64,000 nt of DNA, taken from positions 107,599-171,598 of the forward strand of contig JBBRSD010000004.1 of assembly GCA_038245725.1 (NCBI GenBank). Direction: 5' to 3'. This stretch comes from Coriobacteriia bacterium (lineage in GTDB: Bacteria; Actinomycetota; Coriobacteriia; Anaerosomatales; JAAXUF01). Below the pieces are notes generated by a model. The model saw only the letters and a program-made list of their open reading frames with translations, did no database searches and was not told the DNA's origin. The translations under genes were made by a program, and so were the position numbers. Shown piece after piece: positions 1-9,134 of this stretch (its first letter is position 1; every line of letters begins with the position of its first letter).

Positions 1-2
1 TC

Positions 3-221
3 CGGGGCGGCACGCCGCACTTCGAGTACGTCTCGGCCGAGGTCAGCAAGGGAGTCGCGAAAGCCTCGCTCGACACCGGCGTGCCGGTCATGTTCGGCGT
101 CATCACCGCCGACACCATCGATCAAGCTGTCGAGCGGGCAGGCACCAAGGGCGGCAACAAGGGCTGGGAAGCCGCCGAGGCGGCCATCGAGATGGCGAAC
201 CTCTCAAAGTCTCTCTCGTAG
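3..221 (+). CDS. ribH: 6,7-dimethyl-8-ribityllumazine synthase, C-terminal fragment (5' end outside window)
   Basis: Own translation of frame 3: [72 protein letters not shown], stop TAG 219-221. This matches the conserved RibH C-terminus as I recall it. It is absent from the ORF track because no start codon lies in the window. Confidence 0.85.
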   Translation, partial: RGGTPHFEYVSAEVSKGVAKASLDTGVPVMFGVITADTIDQAVERAGTKGGNKGWEAAEAAIEMANLSKSLS

Positions 222-241
222 CGAACATATTTTCGTGGATT

Positions 242-280
242 ACACCCCGCGCTCGAGCTACGAGCGCGGGGTGTTTCTGC
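242..280 (+). terminator. Rho-independent terminator after ribH
   Basis: 14-bp GC-rich stem ACACCCCGCGCTCG (242-255) / CGAGCGCGGGGTGT (261-274), 5-nt loop, followed by TTCTGCGTT. Confidence 0.7.
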
Positions 281-394
281 GTTCGGAGGCTCGGCGATTC
301 GGGCCTCGTGATGCTATGATTATCGCGTCCGGCCGCCTGCCCAGGCGGCACCTCAAGTCGTAGCCGGTCGTCGTGCAGCAGGAGGTCCTTCTCG

Positions 395-1519
395 GTGCGG
401 ACCCGTACTCAGATTCTTCTGAGGAGCAGCCTCGCGGCAGTGCTGTGCTTCGGGCTCACGCTCGGATCGGTCTCGGCGGCATCGGCCGCTCTCACCAGCG
501 GGGCCATTCGCGCGAAGCAGAAGCAGGCCATCGCCGCTCAGAAGCGCCTGCAGGACCTCGGCGACGAGCTCGAGATGCGCGGTGAAGAACTTGCGCAGAT
601 CGAGTCCGACCTGCAGAAGACACGTGACGATATCTCTGCGTCCGAGGCCGACCTCGCCAAAGCCAATGACGACCTTTCCGCGTCTCAGGAGCTGCTCGAC
701 ATGCGTGCGTCGAGCATATATCGCAACGGGCCCATAGGGTTCGTCTCCGTGATGATCGGAGCCACCGACTTCGTCGATCTCATCGGTAGGTTCGAGCTGA
801 TGCGTCGTGTGGGCGACAGCGACGCCGCAATAGTGGCATCGGTCAAAGACGCGAAGGCGCGAGTAGAGGCGGCCAACAGAGCGCTGCAGACCAAGGAGGC
901 CGAGCAGCTGGCGCTTCGAGACCAGGCTCGCAACAAGAACGACCAGGTCACGAGCGCCAAAACGCAACAGTCCCGATATGTTGCGGGCATCAATGCCGAT
1001 CTACAGAAGTTGATCCAGAGAGAGCGAAAGCGACAGGAGGCGATCGCTGCCCGGAAGAAGGCCGAGGCCGCGGCTCGCGCCCGGGCAACCGCGCTGCGCA
1101 ACAAACGGGTGCTGCCGTTTTCCGGCGTGCTCGGAAACCCTCATCCCGAGGTCGTCGGGATCGCCGAGAGGTACCTCGGCGTTCACTATGTCTGGGGGGG
1201 AACGACGCCGGCGGGTTTCGATTGCTCGGGGCTCGCCATGTACTGCTACGCCCAGATCGGGATCACCCTGCCGCGCACCAGCAGCGTGCAGTTTCACGCC
1301 GGCGCCTACATCCCACCGGACCGGCTCGACCTCCTGAAACCCGGCGACCTGGTCTTCTTCGGCCGGAACGGCAATCCGAGCCGTATCCATCACGTGGCCA
1401 TCTACGCAGGGGGCGGCGACATGATCGAGGCGCCATACACCGGCGGATGGGTGTGGCGTTCGTCGCTCATCGCTCGCATCAACTCGCGTAACGACTACGT
1501 CGGCGCATGCCGTCCTTAG
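395..1519 (+). CDS. Secreted NlpC/P60 (C40) peptidoglycan endopeptidase with N-terminal coiled-coil region (RipA/PcsB-like architecture)
   Basis: ORF track. GTG start 9 nt after GGAGG. Signal-like N-terminus (LAAVLCFGLTLGSVSAASA) and a long Q/E/K/A-rich helical region. C-terminal YVWGGTTPAGFDCSGL ... HHVAIYAGGGDMIEAP carries the catalytic Cys/His. Confidence 0.85.
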   Translation: MRTRTQILLRSSLAAVLCFGLTLGSVSAASAALTSGAIRAKQKQAIAAQKRLQDLGDELEMRGEELAQIESDLQKTRDDISASEADLAKANDDLSASQELLDMRASSIYRNGPIGFVSVMIGATDFVDLIGRFELMRRVGDSDAAIVASVKDAKARVEAANRALQTKEAEQLALRDQARNKNDQVTSAKTQQSRYVAGINADLQKLIQRERKRQEAIAARKKAEAAARARATALRNKRVLPFSGVLGNPHPEVVGIAERYLGVHYVWGGTTPAGFDCSGLAMYCYAQIGITLPRTSSVQFHAGAYIPPDRLDLLKPGDLVFFGRNGNPSRIHHVAIYAGGGDMIEAPYTGGWVWRSSLIARINSRNDYVGACRP

Positions 1520-1634
1520 GTCTCCAGCCGAGCTGCTTCAGGGCTCTCCGGAGTGCCGTCGCCGCCGCTCCCGTGTGATATCATTCGCCTACCTTCCGAG
1601 CACGGAAGAAGGGGAGAGGGGCCGCGTGAGTCGC

Positions 1635-3392
1635 ATGCTTTTGTCCGGCAACGAAGCCGTGGCGCAGGGCGCATGGGAAGCGGGCGTCACCGTCGGAGTC
1701 GGCTACCCCGGTACGCCGTCTACCGAGACCCTCGAACGCTTCAGCAAGCTTGAGGGCGTCTACGCTGAATGGGCCTCCAACGAGAAAGTCGCGCTTGAGG
1801 TCGCGGCGGGCGTTTCGCTCGCCGGATCTCGCGTGCTCGTCACGATGAAGCACGTCGGCCTCAATGTCGCTGCGGACCCGCTGTTCACGCTTGCCTACAC
1901 CGGCGTTCGTGGCGGCCTCGTGATTCTCGTCGCGGACGATCCAGGGATGCACTCGTCCCAAAACGAGCAGGATTCGCGCAACTACGCCGCATTCGCCCGC
2001 GTGCCGATGCTCGAGCCATCCGACTCGGCTGAGGCGCTCGCCTTCACTCGCGAGGCCTACGAACTCTCGGAACGCTTCGACATTCCCGTGCTGGTCCGCT
2101 CCACCGTCAGGATCAGCCACGCGAAATCCCTCGTAGACACGGCCGCGCGCGTCGCGGCTCCCACTCCCGAACCGTATGTCACAGACGCCGCCAAATGGGT
2201 GATGATGCCCGCGATGGCGAAGCGCCGCAGAATCGACCTCGACCGGAGGCTCAGCGACCTCGAACAGTTCGCCGACGAAACCCAGCTCAACCGTGCCGAG
2301 TATCGCGATGCGGCCATCGGAATCGTGTCCTCCGGCGTGTGCTACCAGCATGTCCGAGAAGCCGTACCCGAAGCCTCGACACTGAAGATAGGAATGGGTT
2401 TCCCGCTCCCTTCTCGGATGCTTCGCGAGTTCGCATCTCGTGTCGACGCGTTGTACGTGGTCGAAGAGGCCGACGACTACCTCGCTCGCTCGCTGCGTTC
2501 GTTCGGCATCGCCGTGACCCCTCTGTCTTTGGCGACTTCGGGGGAGCTGACTCCGGGAGCGATCCGCTCCGCATTTCAGCTGCCGGAGCCAGAACTGCGC
2601 GAGGCGGACGACTCGCTTCCTCCTCGGCCCCCTCTCATGTGTCCGGGATGTCCACACCGGCCTGTGTTCGATGCGTTGCGCAAGACGCACGCGGTGGTCA
2701 CGGGAGATATCGGCTGCTACACGCTCGGCGCACTCCAACCGCTTGCTGCCATGGACACGTGCGTGGACATGGGCGCATCAATCGGGATGGCACACGGCGC
2801 GGAGCTCGCCGGCGGGTTGGGGAGGCGACCAGTGGTCGCGGTGATCGGCGACTCGACGTTCGCGCATTCCGGTATCACCGGCCTGATGAACACGGTGTAC
2901 AACGGCGGTGCTGGCACTGTGCTCATCCTCGACAACCGAATCACCGCGATGACCGGGCACCAAGGCAATCCGATCAACGGTATTCCACTCCAGAAGAGGG
3001 ACGCTCACGAGGTCGATCTATACGCACTCGTGCGGGCGATCGGTGTTCCGCGCGTCCGAATCGTGAACCCGCACGATCTGGCTGCTGTTCGCAGCGCCTT
3101 GGACGAAGAGACCGCTGCGCCGGAGTTCTCGGTGATCATCTACAAGGCTCCGTGCGCGCTTCTCGTGAAGGAGACGCCTGATCCTTTTGCTGTCGTCGAG
3201 GAGGCGTGTACCGCTTGTGGAGTGTGCGTCAAGCTCGGTTGCCCGGCCATCGGCAAGGCCGAGATGACTGGCAAAGCCTACATCGACGTCTCCTTGTGCG
3301 TCGGCTGCAAACAGTGCGTCCAAGTGTGCCGGTACAACGCGATCCAGCACACCGGCCCGGCATGTGACTTCAAGGGGGCCGAGCTGTCGTGA
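1635..3392 (+). CDS. iorA: Indolepyruvate:ferredoxin oxidoreductase alpha subunit
   Basis: ORF 1575-3392. Start moved to ATG 1635 (MLLSGNEAVAQGAWEAGV); GTG 1626 is an alternative. GAAGGGGAGAGG lies upstream. TPP-type GDIGCY and GDSTFAHSG motifs. C-terminal double CxxCxxCxxxC ferredoxin motif. Confidence 0.85.
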   Translation: MLLSGNEAVAQGAWEAGVTVGVGYPGTPSTETLERFSKLEGVYAEWASNEKVALEVAAGVSLAGSRVLVTMKHVGLNVAADPLFTLAYTGVRGGLVILVADDPGMHSSQNEQDSRNYAAFARVPMLEPSDSAEALAFTREAYELSERFDIPVLVRSTVRISHAKSLVDTAARVAAPTPEPYVTDAAKWVMMPAMAKRRRIDLDRRLSDLEQFADETQLNRAEYRDAAIGIVSSGVCYQHVREAVPEASTLKIGMGFPLPSRMLREFASRVDALYVVEEADDYLARSLRSFGIAVTPLSLATSGELTPGAIRSAFQLPEPELREADDSLPPRPPLMCPGCPHRPVFDALRKTHAVVTGDIGCYTLGALQPLAAMDTCVDMGASIGMAHGAELAGGLGRRPVVAVIGDSTFAHSGITGLMNTVYNGGAGTVLILDNRITAMTGHQGNPINGIPLQKRDAHEVDLYALVRAIGVPRVRIVNPHDLAAVRSALDEETAAPEFSVIIYKAPCALLVKETPDPFAVVEEACTACGVCVKLGCPAIGKAEMTGKAYIDVSLCVGCKQCVQVCRYNAIQHTGPACDFKGAELS

Positions 3393-3988
3393 GTGGCACC
3401 TCGGTCACGACCGTCATGCTGTGCGGCGTGGGAGGCCAGGGGACGATCCTCGCCGCCGACCTTCTCGCCAAGGTTGCCGCAGCATCAGGACTCGACGTGA
3501 AGCTCTCGGAAGTCCACGGGATGGCCCAGCGAGGGGGGAGTGTCGACACCATCGTGAGATTCGGCGATCACGTCTACTCGCCAGTCACCGATCCCGGCAT
3601 GGTCGATCACCTCGTCGGCTTCGAGATCATCGAGGCTGCTCGACGCATCCACTACGTCAGGCCTGACGGCCGCATCCTGGTGAGCGCAACCGCCATCCAG
3701 CCGCTGCCGGTACTCACCGGTGACCTGCCGGCTCCGCATGGTCTCGAGCTCATTCTCGCCGATGAGGGCGCGATCTTCATCGATGCCGAGGAGATCGCTT
3801 GTGAGGCGGGAAGCCCGAAGTCGGCGAACGTCGTGCTCATGGGCGCTCTTTCGACGGGGCTACCCTTCGCGATTGAGGTGTGGCGCGACGTCATCTCAAA
3901 CCGTGTTCCATCCCACACCATCGAATCGAACCTCAGAGCGTTCGAGCTTGGCCGTGAAGCGTGTCAGCGAGGGGAGTGCGAACAATGA
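3389..3988 (+). CDS. iorB: Indolepyruvate:ferredoxin oxidoreductase beta subunit
   Basis: GTGA overlap with the iorA stop. MLCGVGGQGTILAADLLAKV followed by HGMAQRGGSV, typical of the gamma-type domain of 2-oxoacid:ferredoxin oxidoreductases. Confidence 0.8.
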   Translation: MSGTSVTTVMLCGVGGQGTILAADLLAKVAAASGLDVKLSEVHGMAQRGGSVDTIVRFGDHVYSPVTDPGMVDHLVGFEIIEAARRIHYVRPDGRILVSATAIQPLPVLTGDLPAPHGLELILADEGAIFIDAEEIACEAGSPKSANVVLMGALSTGLPFAIEVWRDVISNRVPSHTIESNLRAFELGREACQRGECEQ

Positions 3989-4401
3989 ACGTCAAGCAGC
4001 TCAGCGTGTTCATCGAGAACAAGGCGGGTCGTGTCAGCGAAGTCACAGCGATTCTTGGCGACGCGGGAATCGACATCCGCGGCTTCTCTGTCTCCGACAC
4101 CGCCGACAGCGGAATAATGCGGCTCATCGTCGATGACCCTGACAGGGGACGCCAGGTACTCTCGGACGCCGGGTTCAAGGTCGCGGAGAACGCTGTTGTC
4201 TGCACTGAACTTCCCGATCTTCCTGGAGGTCTGGCGGGAGTGCTCAAAACGGTGGCCGGTGCCGGTGTGAACATCGAGTACGTGTACTCGTTGATCTCGA
4301 CCTACGTTGTCATCAACGTCGCTGACGTGGACCAGGCCACTGCTCTGCTGGTCGACCAGCCTGTGCGACTTGTTTGCCAAGAGGAGATCGCGCGTCCCTG
4401 A
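3985..4401 (+). CDS. ACT domain-containing protein (tandem ACT, commonly linked to ior/paaK operons)
   Basis: ORF 3961-4401. Start set at ATG 3985 (ATGA overlap with the iorB stop). MNVKQLSVFIENKAGRVSEVTAILGDAGIDIRGFSV is a typical ACT fold signature. Confidence 0.75.
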   Translation: MNVKQLSVFIENKAGRVSEVTAILGDAGIDIRGFSVSDTADSGIMRLIVDDPDRGRQVLSDAGFKVAENAVVCTELPDLPGGLAGVLKTVAGAGVNIEYVYSLISTYVVINVADVDQATALLVDQPVRLVCQEEIARP

Positions 4402-4785
4402 GATCCCGCTCTTTGGAAGTTAGTTACCAGCGGCGCGGCATTCTTCTTGAAGGCGAGCATGCCGCGTTACCCCGTCTCTCTGGCCCAACGCAGCGAGTCC
4501 CGCGACGGGTGCCACTCTCGTCGTCCGAAGCTTCAGCCTGCAGGGGGAAGCGCGCCTTGAAGTCCCTGAGGTGGCGTTTTCGGATATCATGCCGGTAGGG
4601 TTCGCGTTGCGCGGACACGCGTTTGACCGCTTTCCGAGGTGCTCGACCTTGGCTTGAAGATCGAATCGTGGGACCAGGTTTGATTGAACGTCGCCCGGGC
4701 AAGAGTAGGCGCGGTGCTCGAATTGAGAGAATACGCCTGAGCCGCTGGTCGTGCGGCCAGATATTGAAGAGAAGGTTGGTCGTTC

Positions 4786-5331
4786 GTGCCGCTTTGGGGT
4801 GCAATCTCGCTGGTCCTCGGCCTCGTGCTTCTACTCGGAGCTCTTGGCTTCATGGGTTATCTTGGCCTGCGAACCGTCGAGAGGAGGTACCTGCTGCGCC
4901 TCATCAGTAGGCGAGAGGCCGTCTTTGCCGTTCGACAGGCTCTCGAGGACGCGGTGGTTCGCCTGGCAGAAGGTACCGACGAAGAGCTTTCTGACTTCGC
5001 AGAGAATCCTGATTCCCAGGAGCGAAAGATCCTGCACGAGGTTCGGATACGTGCCCAGATTCTCCGAGACGAACTTGACAGCATGTCGCTGCCGAAGCGG
5101 CTTGTTCCAGCGGCCGAGGCACTCGCAGACGCTGCCTTCATCGTCGGCATGGAGGCGGCGAAGATCCGTGATGCCGATAGAGGCTCTGACGTACTCGGCG
5201 AGTTGGGTACGATTGACTTAGGTTCGGTGGCGGAAGTCTTCGAGCGCGCGACCGCTGCGGTGAGTCTGACGTGTCAGGTGTGCGACGTCGAAGAGGACGC
5301 AGCCGTCTACGGCGGAGGTCTGTACCTGTGA
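4786..5331 (+). CDS. Hypothetical membrane-anchored protein (one N-terminal TM helix, helical cytosolic part)
   Basis: ORF track. GTG start after GAAGAGAAGG. N-terminal WGAISLVLGLVLLLGALGFMGYL. Third-position GC looks coding. No family recognised. Confidence 0.6.
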   Translation: MPLWGAISLVLGLVLLLGALGFMGYLGLRTVERRYLLRLISRREAVFAVRQALEDAVVRLAEGTDEELSDFAENPDSQERKILHEVRIRAQILRDELDSMSLPKRLVPAAEALADAAFIVGMEAAKIRDADRGSDVLGELGTIDLGSVAEVFERATAAVSLTCQVCDVEEDAAVYGGGLYL

Positions 5332-5696
5332 ACATCGGCAAGATCATCCAAGCAGTAATCGGCGTCCTCGTGGTGTTGGTGCTGGCCATCGTGGTCTACG
5401 GTTGGTACGGAGACTTCAAGTCCGCGCCCCCGGCGGCTGCGCCGTCCGCCGTGGGAACATCCACGCCGCCATCGGTGATCTCGACCGGCAGTGTCGTCAT
5501 CGGAATCGCGAAGATCGAGGGGGTCAACTTCCGCGTGAAGCCGGCGTCCAACGCCAAGCTCATTCGAGGACTCCATAAGAATGAGAAGGTCACGATCCTT
5601 GCCAAAGACGGCCAGTGGTACAAGGTGAAGGACTCTCGGGGCAGGTTAGGTTGGGTCACCGCCAACGGTGACTACGTCGTCGTGCAGTCCAGGTAG
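5328..5696 (+). CDS. Membrane-anchored bacterial SH3 domain protein
   Basis: ORF 5271-5696. Start moved to GTG 5328 (GTGA overlap with the upstream stop). TM helix IIQAVIGVLVVLVLAIVVYGW. C-terminal SH3b-like GVNFRVKPASNAKLIRGLHKNEKVTILAKDGQWYKVKDSRGRLGWV. Confidence 0.65.
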   Translation: MNIGKIIQAVIGVLVVLVLAIVVYGWYGDFKSAPPAAAPSAVGTSTPPSVISTGSVVIGIAKIEGVNFRVKPASNAKLIRGLHKNEKVTILAKDGQWYKVKDSRGRLGWVTANGDYVVVQSR

Positions 5697-5701
5697 ACGC
5701 C

Positions 5702-6031
5702 GTGATTCACGCTATTGGAAACGCCAATGAATTCTGGCGTCTTCGGCTGACACGCCTGGACACCACAGAAGGTCTCGAATTCGAGTGGCATGAAGATATT
5801 CTTTACCGGGCTCCAAAGGTCAAGCAGGCCGACGACGTCGAACTCTTCCACGTTGAAGCTATCCGCGTAGACGATCCTGACGCCGTCGTGCGGGTCGCAA
5901 CCTTTGCGGACGCCGACGAAGCTCACATGTTCCTCGGAGAACTCAACGAAGCACTTTCCGACATGAGTAAGTCGCAGTTCGAGACCGCCTACCTCGACGG
6001 AGCTCAGACCGGCGATACAGGCCTGGAGTAA
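5702..6031 (+). CDS. Hypothetical small acidic protein
   Basis: ORF track. GTG start 5 nt after the SH3 gene stop. Codon pattern looks coding on + rather than on the overlapping 5672-6130 minus ORF. No family recognised. Confidence 0.5.
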   Translation: MIHAIGNANEFWRLRLTRLDTTEGLEFEWHEDILYRAPKVKQADDVELFHVEAIRVDDPDAVVRVATFADADEAHMFLGELNEALSDMSKSQFETAYLDGAQTGDTGLE

Positions 6032-6203
6032 TACGGCATCGCCCCATGCACTGATCGGCCCCCAGCAAGGGGACGGTCGACAGATTGTGCACTTGACATA
6101 AGATGTATTATCAGCGTTGTAGGTGTGCACGGCAGGATTGCGTGAAGAGACCTCTCGCCAAGGTCGCGTCGTCTGACGCCTGCCCTCGCCGTGAAAGTGA
6201 AGC

Positions 6204-6235
6204 GGCCCCGGACCGCGATCTCGCAGCCCGGGGCC
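6204..6235 (-). terminator. Possible terminator hairpin downstream of the uracil permease
   Basis: GGCCCCGG ... CCGGGGCC outer stem with inner GCGA-TC-TCGC stem. On the minus strand it is followed by GCTTCACTTTCAC, which is only moderately T-rich. Confidence 0.4.
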
Positions 6236-6267
6236 GTCAGAAGTGGCGCGACACGAGCGCGCGGGAA

Positions 6268-7608
6268 CTAGCTCTCTGCGGATTCCGCCTGCAGGTCGGC
6301 GGTGAAGTCCGGGCCATCCAGCGCAAGCCCTTCCGACTCCTGTGGCAAAATCACGTTCAGAAGCACGCCGATAAGCGTTGCGAGCGCCATGCCCGGAACG
6401 GTGTACTTGCCCAGCGGGATCGTGAAGCCGCCCGTTTCCATGCCGATCCCGATGACGAGCACGACGCTCGACATAATCAGGTTGCGGCTATGGCTGTAGT
6501 CGATTCCGCTCTTCACGAGCAGGCGCAGCCCGCTCGACGCGATGAGACCGAAGAGAAGAAGCGAGATGCCGCCCATGACCGGCGTCGGAATCGAGCTGAT
6601 GACGGCACCGAGCTTCGGAACGAAGCCGCCGATCACGAAGGCAAGCGCACCTGCATACCAGAACAGCTGTGTCGCGAAGACCTTTGTGACCGCCATGACG
6701 CCGATGTTCTCGGCATACGTGGTAGATGGCGTGCCGCCCAAGGCTCCGGACACGGCCGTCGCGAGACCGTCGCCGAACAACGATTCGGGCAGCAAGGGCG
6801 TGAAGTCTTTGCCGGTGATCTCGTTGATGACGAGCAGATGCCCGATGTGCTCCACGATGACGACGAAGGCGACCGGAGCGATGATCACCATCGCGCTGAT
6901 GTCGAACGTTGGGAATGTGACGTGCGGCAGTCCGATCCACGGGGCCGCGGCGACCGGCGCGAAGTTCACCATGCCAGGTACGAACAGCGCTGACACGTAC
7001 CCAACGATGATTCCGAGCAGCACGGGAATCGTCTTGGCGAAGCCCTTGAAGTAAGACGAGAACGCGATCGCCGAGCCAAGCGTGATGAATGCGAGCCCGA
7101 CGCCCACGAGGTTGACGCCCTTCGTGGGGTCTGCGAACGGGAACATCGACATCTTCACGGCCGTTGCCGAGAGTCCGAGGCCGATGACGATGACCACCGC
7201 TCCGACAAGCGCCGGCGGCAGAAGCTTGCTCAGCCATCCGGTCCCGAATACCTTCACCGCGCCCGCAACGATCATATAGACGACACCAGCGGCCACAAGT
7301 CCACCGAGCGCCGCAGGCAGATTACCGGTGCCGGCCGCTATTGCTGCGGGGCCGCCGCCGACAGCGATGAGAGGAGCGATGAACGCGAAGGAGGATCCGA
7401 GGTAGCTCGGAATCTTGTTCCTTACGCAGATCAGATACAGTATCGTGCCGATTCCTGAAGTCATCAGCCCAACGCCGGGATCGAGGCCCGTGAGAATCGG
7501 GACGAGGACCGTCGCCCCGAACATCGCCATCAGGTGCTGCGCCGCAAGCGGTAGCACCTGAAGGATCGGCAGCTTCTCGTCTGTCTGGATGATACGATTT
7601 CGCGCCAT
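6268..7608 (-). CDS. uraA: Uracil permease (NCS2/NAT family)
   Basis: ORF track. LQVLPLAAQHLMAMFGATVLVPILTG ... GIGTILYLICVRNKIPSYLGSSFAFIAP closely parallels E. coli UraA as I recall it. RBS GAAGGGGG. Confidence 0.85.
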   Translation of the reverse strand: MARNRIIQTDEKLPILQVLPLAAQHLMAMFGATVLVPILTGLDPGVGLMTSGIGTILYLICVRNKIPSYLGSSFAFIAPLIAVGGGPAAIAAGTGNLPAALGGLVAAGVVYMIVAGAVKVFGTGWLSKLLPPALVGAVVIVIGLGLSATAVKMSMFPFADPTKGVNLVGVGLAFITLGSAIAFSSYFKGFAKTIPVLLGIIVGYVSALFVPGMVNFAPVAAAPWIGLPHVTFPTFDISAMVIIAPVAFVVIVEHIGHLLVINEITGKDFTPLLPESLFGDGLATAVSGALGGTPSTTYAENIGVMAVTKVFATQLFWYAGALAFVIGGFVPKLGAVISSIPTPVMGGISLLLFGLIASSGLRLLVKSGIDYSHSRNLIMSSVVLVIGIGMETGGFTIPLGKYTVPGMALATLIGVLLNVILPQESEGLALDGPDFTADLQAESAES

Positions 7609-7620
7609 TTCGCCCCCTTC

Positions 7621-8979
7621 TTAGCCGACGAGCTTCTGGATGACCGGCAGGATGAACGCCAAGACAAACGCGGCGCAGATTCCCCACATCAGCGGATGAA
7701 TGTCTTTCGCCTTGCGGTGAAGCACCTTGATAATCGCGTAGCTGATGAAGCCGAGCCCGATGCCATAGCTGATGTTGTACGTAAGCGGGATACCAACGAT
7801 TGTGAGGAACGCTGGGAAAGCTTCCTCGAAGTCTTCCCAAGGAATCTCGCGCACCATGCCCATCATCAGGAAGCCGACGACGATGAGCGCGCCGGCTGTG
7901 ATGCTCCCGGCGCCGCCCACCATCCCGATGATCGGCGAGAAGAATGCGCAGAGCGCGAAGAGCACGCCAACGACGATTGAGGTCAGCCCGGTTCGGCCAC
8001 CCTCAGCGACGCCGGAAGCGGACTCGATATAGGTAGTGATCGAGCTCGCGCCGAATAGGCCGCCTACAGCTGCCGCGGCAGAGTCTACGAGCAGGATGTT
8101 TCGAATGCCCGGGACGTTGCCCTTCTTGTCTACGAAGCCCGCCTGCTCGCCGATGGAGATGACCGTACCCATCGTGTCGAAGAAGTCCGAGAGCATCGTG
8201 GCGAACACGAAGAGCAGCAACGTCGGTGTGAACACTTGCAGAATCGCCATCTTGCCGTTGACCGACTGGAACGGCGCAAAGAACGTCCGGAAATCCGGCG
8301 CGGCCACAATGGCACTTGGCAGAGTGGTGACCTTGAACAGCAGAGCTGCCGCCGTCGCAATGAGGATGCCCCACAGAATGTCGCCCTTCACGCGAAGAGC
8401 CATGAAAGCAAAGATCGCGATGAGTCCGATCAACGTGACCCAGACCTTCGCCGTCGAGAAGTCACCGAGCCTGACGAGCGTCGCCGGGTCGCCAACAACA
8501 ACACCACCATCGACCAGGCCGATGAAGGTGATGAAGAGTCCGATTCCAACGCCGATAGCCCGTTTGAGGTCGAGAGGGATTGCGTGCATGACGGCCTCGC
8601 GCAAGCCCGTGAGCACTAGCAGCGTGATCAAGACACCCTCGAGGAAGATCACCGACATGCCGACCTGCCACGGCACCTTAGCTCCAATGATGATGCTGAA
8701 GGCGACCACGGCGTTGAGGCCCATGCCGGACGCGAGTGCCAGCGGGCGGTTAGCGAACAGTCCCATGCAGATACTCATGAGAGCCGCACCAAGCGCGGTA
8801 GCGGTGGCGATCGCCGGAATCCATGCCGCCGCAGCAGCCTTGTCGGCACCGAAGGCCGCCGACAGAATGCCGGGATTGACGAAGATGATGTATGCCATCG
8901 TCATGAACGTGACCACGCCCGCGAGGAGTTCTGTTCTCAGGTCGGTGTGACGTTCCTTGAATTTGAAGAAGCTTTCCAT
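7621..8979 (-). CDS. NCS2 (AzgA-type) purine permease (adenine/guanine/hypoxanthine)
   Basis: ORF 7621-9027. Start set to ATG 8979 (MESFFKFKERHTDLRTELLAGVVTFMTMAYIIFVNPGIL, the canonical N-terminus of this family). RBS GAAGGGTG. Confidence 0.85.
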   Translation of the reverse strand: MESFFKFKERHTDLRTELLAGVVTFMTMAYIIFVNPGILSAAFGADKAAAAAWIPAIATATALGAALMSICMGLFANRPLALASGMGLNAVVAFSIIIGAKVPWQVGMSVIFLEGVLITLLVLTGLREAVMHAIPLDLKRAIGVGIGLFITFIGLVDGGVVVGDPATLVRLGDFSTAKVWVTLIGLIAIFAFMALRVKGDILWGILIATAAALLFKVTTLPSAIVAAPDFRTFFAPFQSVNGKMAILQVFTPTLLLFVFATMLSDFFDTMGTVISIGEQAGFVDKKGNVPGIRNILLVDSAAAAVGGLFGASSITTYIESASGVAEGGRTGLTSIVVGVLFALCAFFSPIIGMVGGAGSITAGALIVVGFLMMGMVREIPWEDFEEAFPAFLTIVGIPLTYNISYGIGLGFISYAIIKVLHRKAKDIHPLMWGICAAFVLAFILPVIQKLVG

Positions 8980-9134
8980 GCTGTCACCCTTCGATCGCGA
9001 TCTGGCAGTGTGAACCTTGGCGAGCAAACAGTCATGTTCACCGTGAGCAGGACGATCTCCCCCTCAGACACTCCTTTCGTTCGTCTTCCGCCGTCCTTGC
9101 GGTCCTTGGTCAGTCACAACGCGCCAATCAGCGC

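Noticed and set aside
222-394. ydaO (cyclic-di-AMP) riboswitch upstream of the NlpC/P60 hydrolase, and also within 4402-4785.
   Set aside because: The NlpC/P60 leader is too short for it (about 70 nt after a possible extended -10, TGCTATGAT at 312-320). In 4402-4785 I found only loose resemblances (CGAATCG..GGGACC, GGTGCTCGAATTG). The conserved ACGGGGA and CCCG..CAGCTAAC cores are missing.
6093-6121. Promoter-like TTGACA and an AT-rich patch flanked by GTGCAC palindromes in the convergent intergenic region 6032-6267.
   Set aside because: No acceptable -10 lies at 16-18 nt spacing. Both flanking genes converge on this region, so no downstream gene needs a promoter here. A small RNA cannot be excluded.
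8980-9134. Purine riboswitch expected upstream of the purine/uracil permease pair.
   Set aside because: I reverse-complemented the 155-nt leader by hand. None of the conserved purine-riboswitch elements are present (UAUAAU..GGAUAUGG..GUUUCUACC..CCGUAAA..GACUAUG). Only a generic hairpin (GTGAAC...GTTCAC) is there.
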